Below are positions 61,795 to 64,000 of a stretch of DNA of 64,000 nt, one piece after another. Under the pieces are notes generated by a model. That model saw only the letters and a program-made list of their open reading frames with translations. It ran no database searches and was not told the DNA's origin. Position 1 is the first letter of the stretch, and the number at the start of each line of letters is the position of its first letter. This DNA is from Macrostomum lignano. Lineage: Eukaryota. Location of the stretch: contig NIVC01003082.1 of assembly GCA_002269645.1 (NCBI GenBank), positions 56,815 to 120,814 of the forward strand, given 5' to 3'. The position numbers and the translations under genes were made by a program.

Positions 61795-62400
61795 TATCCT
61801 AACTATATACCTTTTAGCGATCCAGCCCGCCAAAACTGCAATCGATTTTGCCCGCGGAAAAATATCACTTACAATTTTGCTGTCTAGGCCAAGTCCGCTC
61901 AGTCATGACCAGAGCCTCAGCCACAGACAACTCTTTGAAAACTGCAATCAATTTTGCCAAAACTGCGACCTAGTTTGCCCATAGCAAGCCAAGAAGATTT
62001 TTTTTGAGAATCAATTCGGAAGTGTGACGAAATAAACTGTAACAGTGAACAATAAACAGCGAGTTTATAATGGGGTAGACGTAGACACAAATGCTCTCAA
62101 TCATAGCATTGTTAAGGGACCTCCGCTTGGCTTGAATCAATGGCTGCTGGTCCTTCGCTGAAATCCTGTTATAAGGTCCACGCTGGGCCATTATTTGATC
62201 TTGCTATGTATGTCTGTGGTGTTTTCTTTGCTATGGGCAAACCAGGTCGCAGTTTTGGCAAAAGAGTTGTCTGTGGCTGAAACTCTGGTCACGACTGAGC
62301 AGACCCGGCCCAGACAGCAAAATTACAAGTGATATTTTCCGCGGGCAAAATCGATTGCAGCTCCGGCAAACTAGATCGCTAAAAGGTATATTAAGAATTT
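61795..62400. mobile_element. MITE / internally deleted DNA transposon with about 190-bp TIRs
   Basis: tataccttttagcgatc...gcccatagcaag (61805-61988) is the reverse complement of ctttgctatgggc...gatcgctaaaaggtata (62226-62390). Confidence 0.8.
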
Positions 62401-64000
62401 ATAGTTACGCTTATAGGTAGCTAAAGTTAAAATCAATGGAAACTTGAGCAGCTTCAACACCGCGGATACGTACATGTAGTTATAGTAATGTTTCATGACT
62501 TTCGCTGTTTTCTCACCCACTTATCGTAAATTATTTATCAATTGAATTCAAGATGTTTAATTTAATCGCTTGAATTTATACGTAGCAGAGCAGATATAAT
62601 AAATAGTAGTTCTTATTACACAAGAAAACAAAATATCGAGAAGCGTGTGATACATTCAGAATCTGCTCCCCAATGTCCGATTAAAATTAGTGCAAATCTT
62701 TGACCAATCAGTTATCAAAGAGGGTGGGGTTAATTAAGAGAATTTTTGATTTCTTGGGCTAAAATAGATGGGGAAGATATCATCAAAATCATTGTTTATT
62801 AAAACGTGTGCGTGTAGTTTATCAATTTCTCGCGCTTTGCCATGCAAATGCAAGCCAAAAGAAGATCGATGTTCATCGACGAAGTTTGTCTCATTCGTTT
62901 TTGTCTAACGGGAAAATCGGTTTGTGGAAAATGTTTTTTTAGAAAATATGCATTTATCGCTAATGTAAAATAAAACCATTTAGCAGAGCTGTAGCAACTT
63001 TTCTACATGTGGATTAGATTACTATAAAATCATTATCGGGGTTTTGCGTTGGAGATCTATTGTACTCAATACTGTGCTTTTTACTCTTATACACAGCCTA
63101 CATGTATTGAATATCAGATATATTGCAGCTGCTTCAGTACATTAAATAAATTAAATTACGCTCTCATTAAACAAATCGTTAGAAAAACTTTTTTGCTTAC
63201 CTCCTGGCTGAGCAGAGGCTTGATTGCCTGCAAGGAATTTAAAATTTAGGAAAATAAAGTATCAAGAATCCATGCAGATCTCATATTGTAAAAAGAAATT
63301 CGAAAAATACTATCAGAAATCTACTACTGTATATACTACATACTGTAATAAATACATGTACATGTAGTACAGTTTTCACTCGTAACCAGTTTACCCGATC
63401 CCATTTATATACTACCATGTGACTGTGCGCTTCAACTTAGTCATTCAGCAGTACGAGTAGGACAATTTGTGTCCCCTCGAACATCACGAGGCTTTCAGAT
63501 AATATACAGTACATCATCATAATCGGCACACATGTACATTAAACTTTAGAGAGAGCAATAAAATTAAAATCAGAGGAAAAAGACGTCTTTTTGCCTGCTG
63601 AAAAGCATAAAGATTGAAACCGAGTTACTTATATCAAATGTTTACCAATTTAGGTACAAGGAAAGTTTTATACCGCATTCTTTCATAGAAAACCAGTACA
63701 AGATGAAAATACTAAAAAGGAAATGCAGAAGCATTACAAAGTCTTGTTTAGAAAAACGCAAAATTTTTATAATCGATTAACTAAAAAATAAAATATGAAG
63801 TTTAACATATCGAGCTTAAAATATGCTAAAAAAACTATACCACGCCACTCGAATAAGCCATTCTGAAATATTTCGAGACTGATGTTTCGACTGAAAAAGA
63901 ATTTGTTATTAGGGTAGGTTGTATAGAATTAGTAGGTACTTCGTTGCATTAAATCGAATTAACTACGAATTGAAATCATGTTAATCGTTGACGTTTAAAC

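Noticed and set aside
35995-63370. Recurrent palindrome tacatgta
   Set aside because: Short 8-mer in AT-rich and repeat DNA; enrichment cannot be shown without counting, and there is no positional pattern.

Overview
Eukaryotic (animal) genomic DNA with GT-AG introns, GC-rich exons, TTAGGG-type repeats and many minisatellites. The style resembles a free-living flatworm such as Macrostomum (inference only). There are three spliced genes, all built by hand with consistent splice phases: a 12-exon acid sphingomyelinase (SMPD1-like, +, 663-6639), a 7-exon PP4 regulatory subunit 3 (PPP4R3/SMEK, -, 26833-35519) and a 5'-incomplete multi-PLAT (LOXHD1-like) gene (-, 51179 to at least 60235) with one apparent 1-bp frameshift. 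A family of genes with intronless coding regions, encoding secreted C-type-lectin + PAN/Apple proteins, has 4 intact copies, 1 frameshifted copy and 3 fragments. This family is the best candidate for an undescribed system. The copies are nearly identical in two GC3-rich constant blocks but hypervariable in the 41-codon ligand-binding loop. They share polymorphisms in a patchwork, sit as alternating inverted repeats and are accompanied by pseudogene fragments. Together this suggests gene-conversion-driven receptor diversification. Other anomalies: almost every long intron holds its own minisatellite (periods cluster at 20-24 bp, and one array appears seeded from a splice acceptor), a sharply bounded 1-kb stretch with no CpG, and a foldback element flanked by a long direct duplication. 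All counts are by hand; no searches were run.
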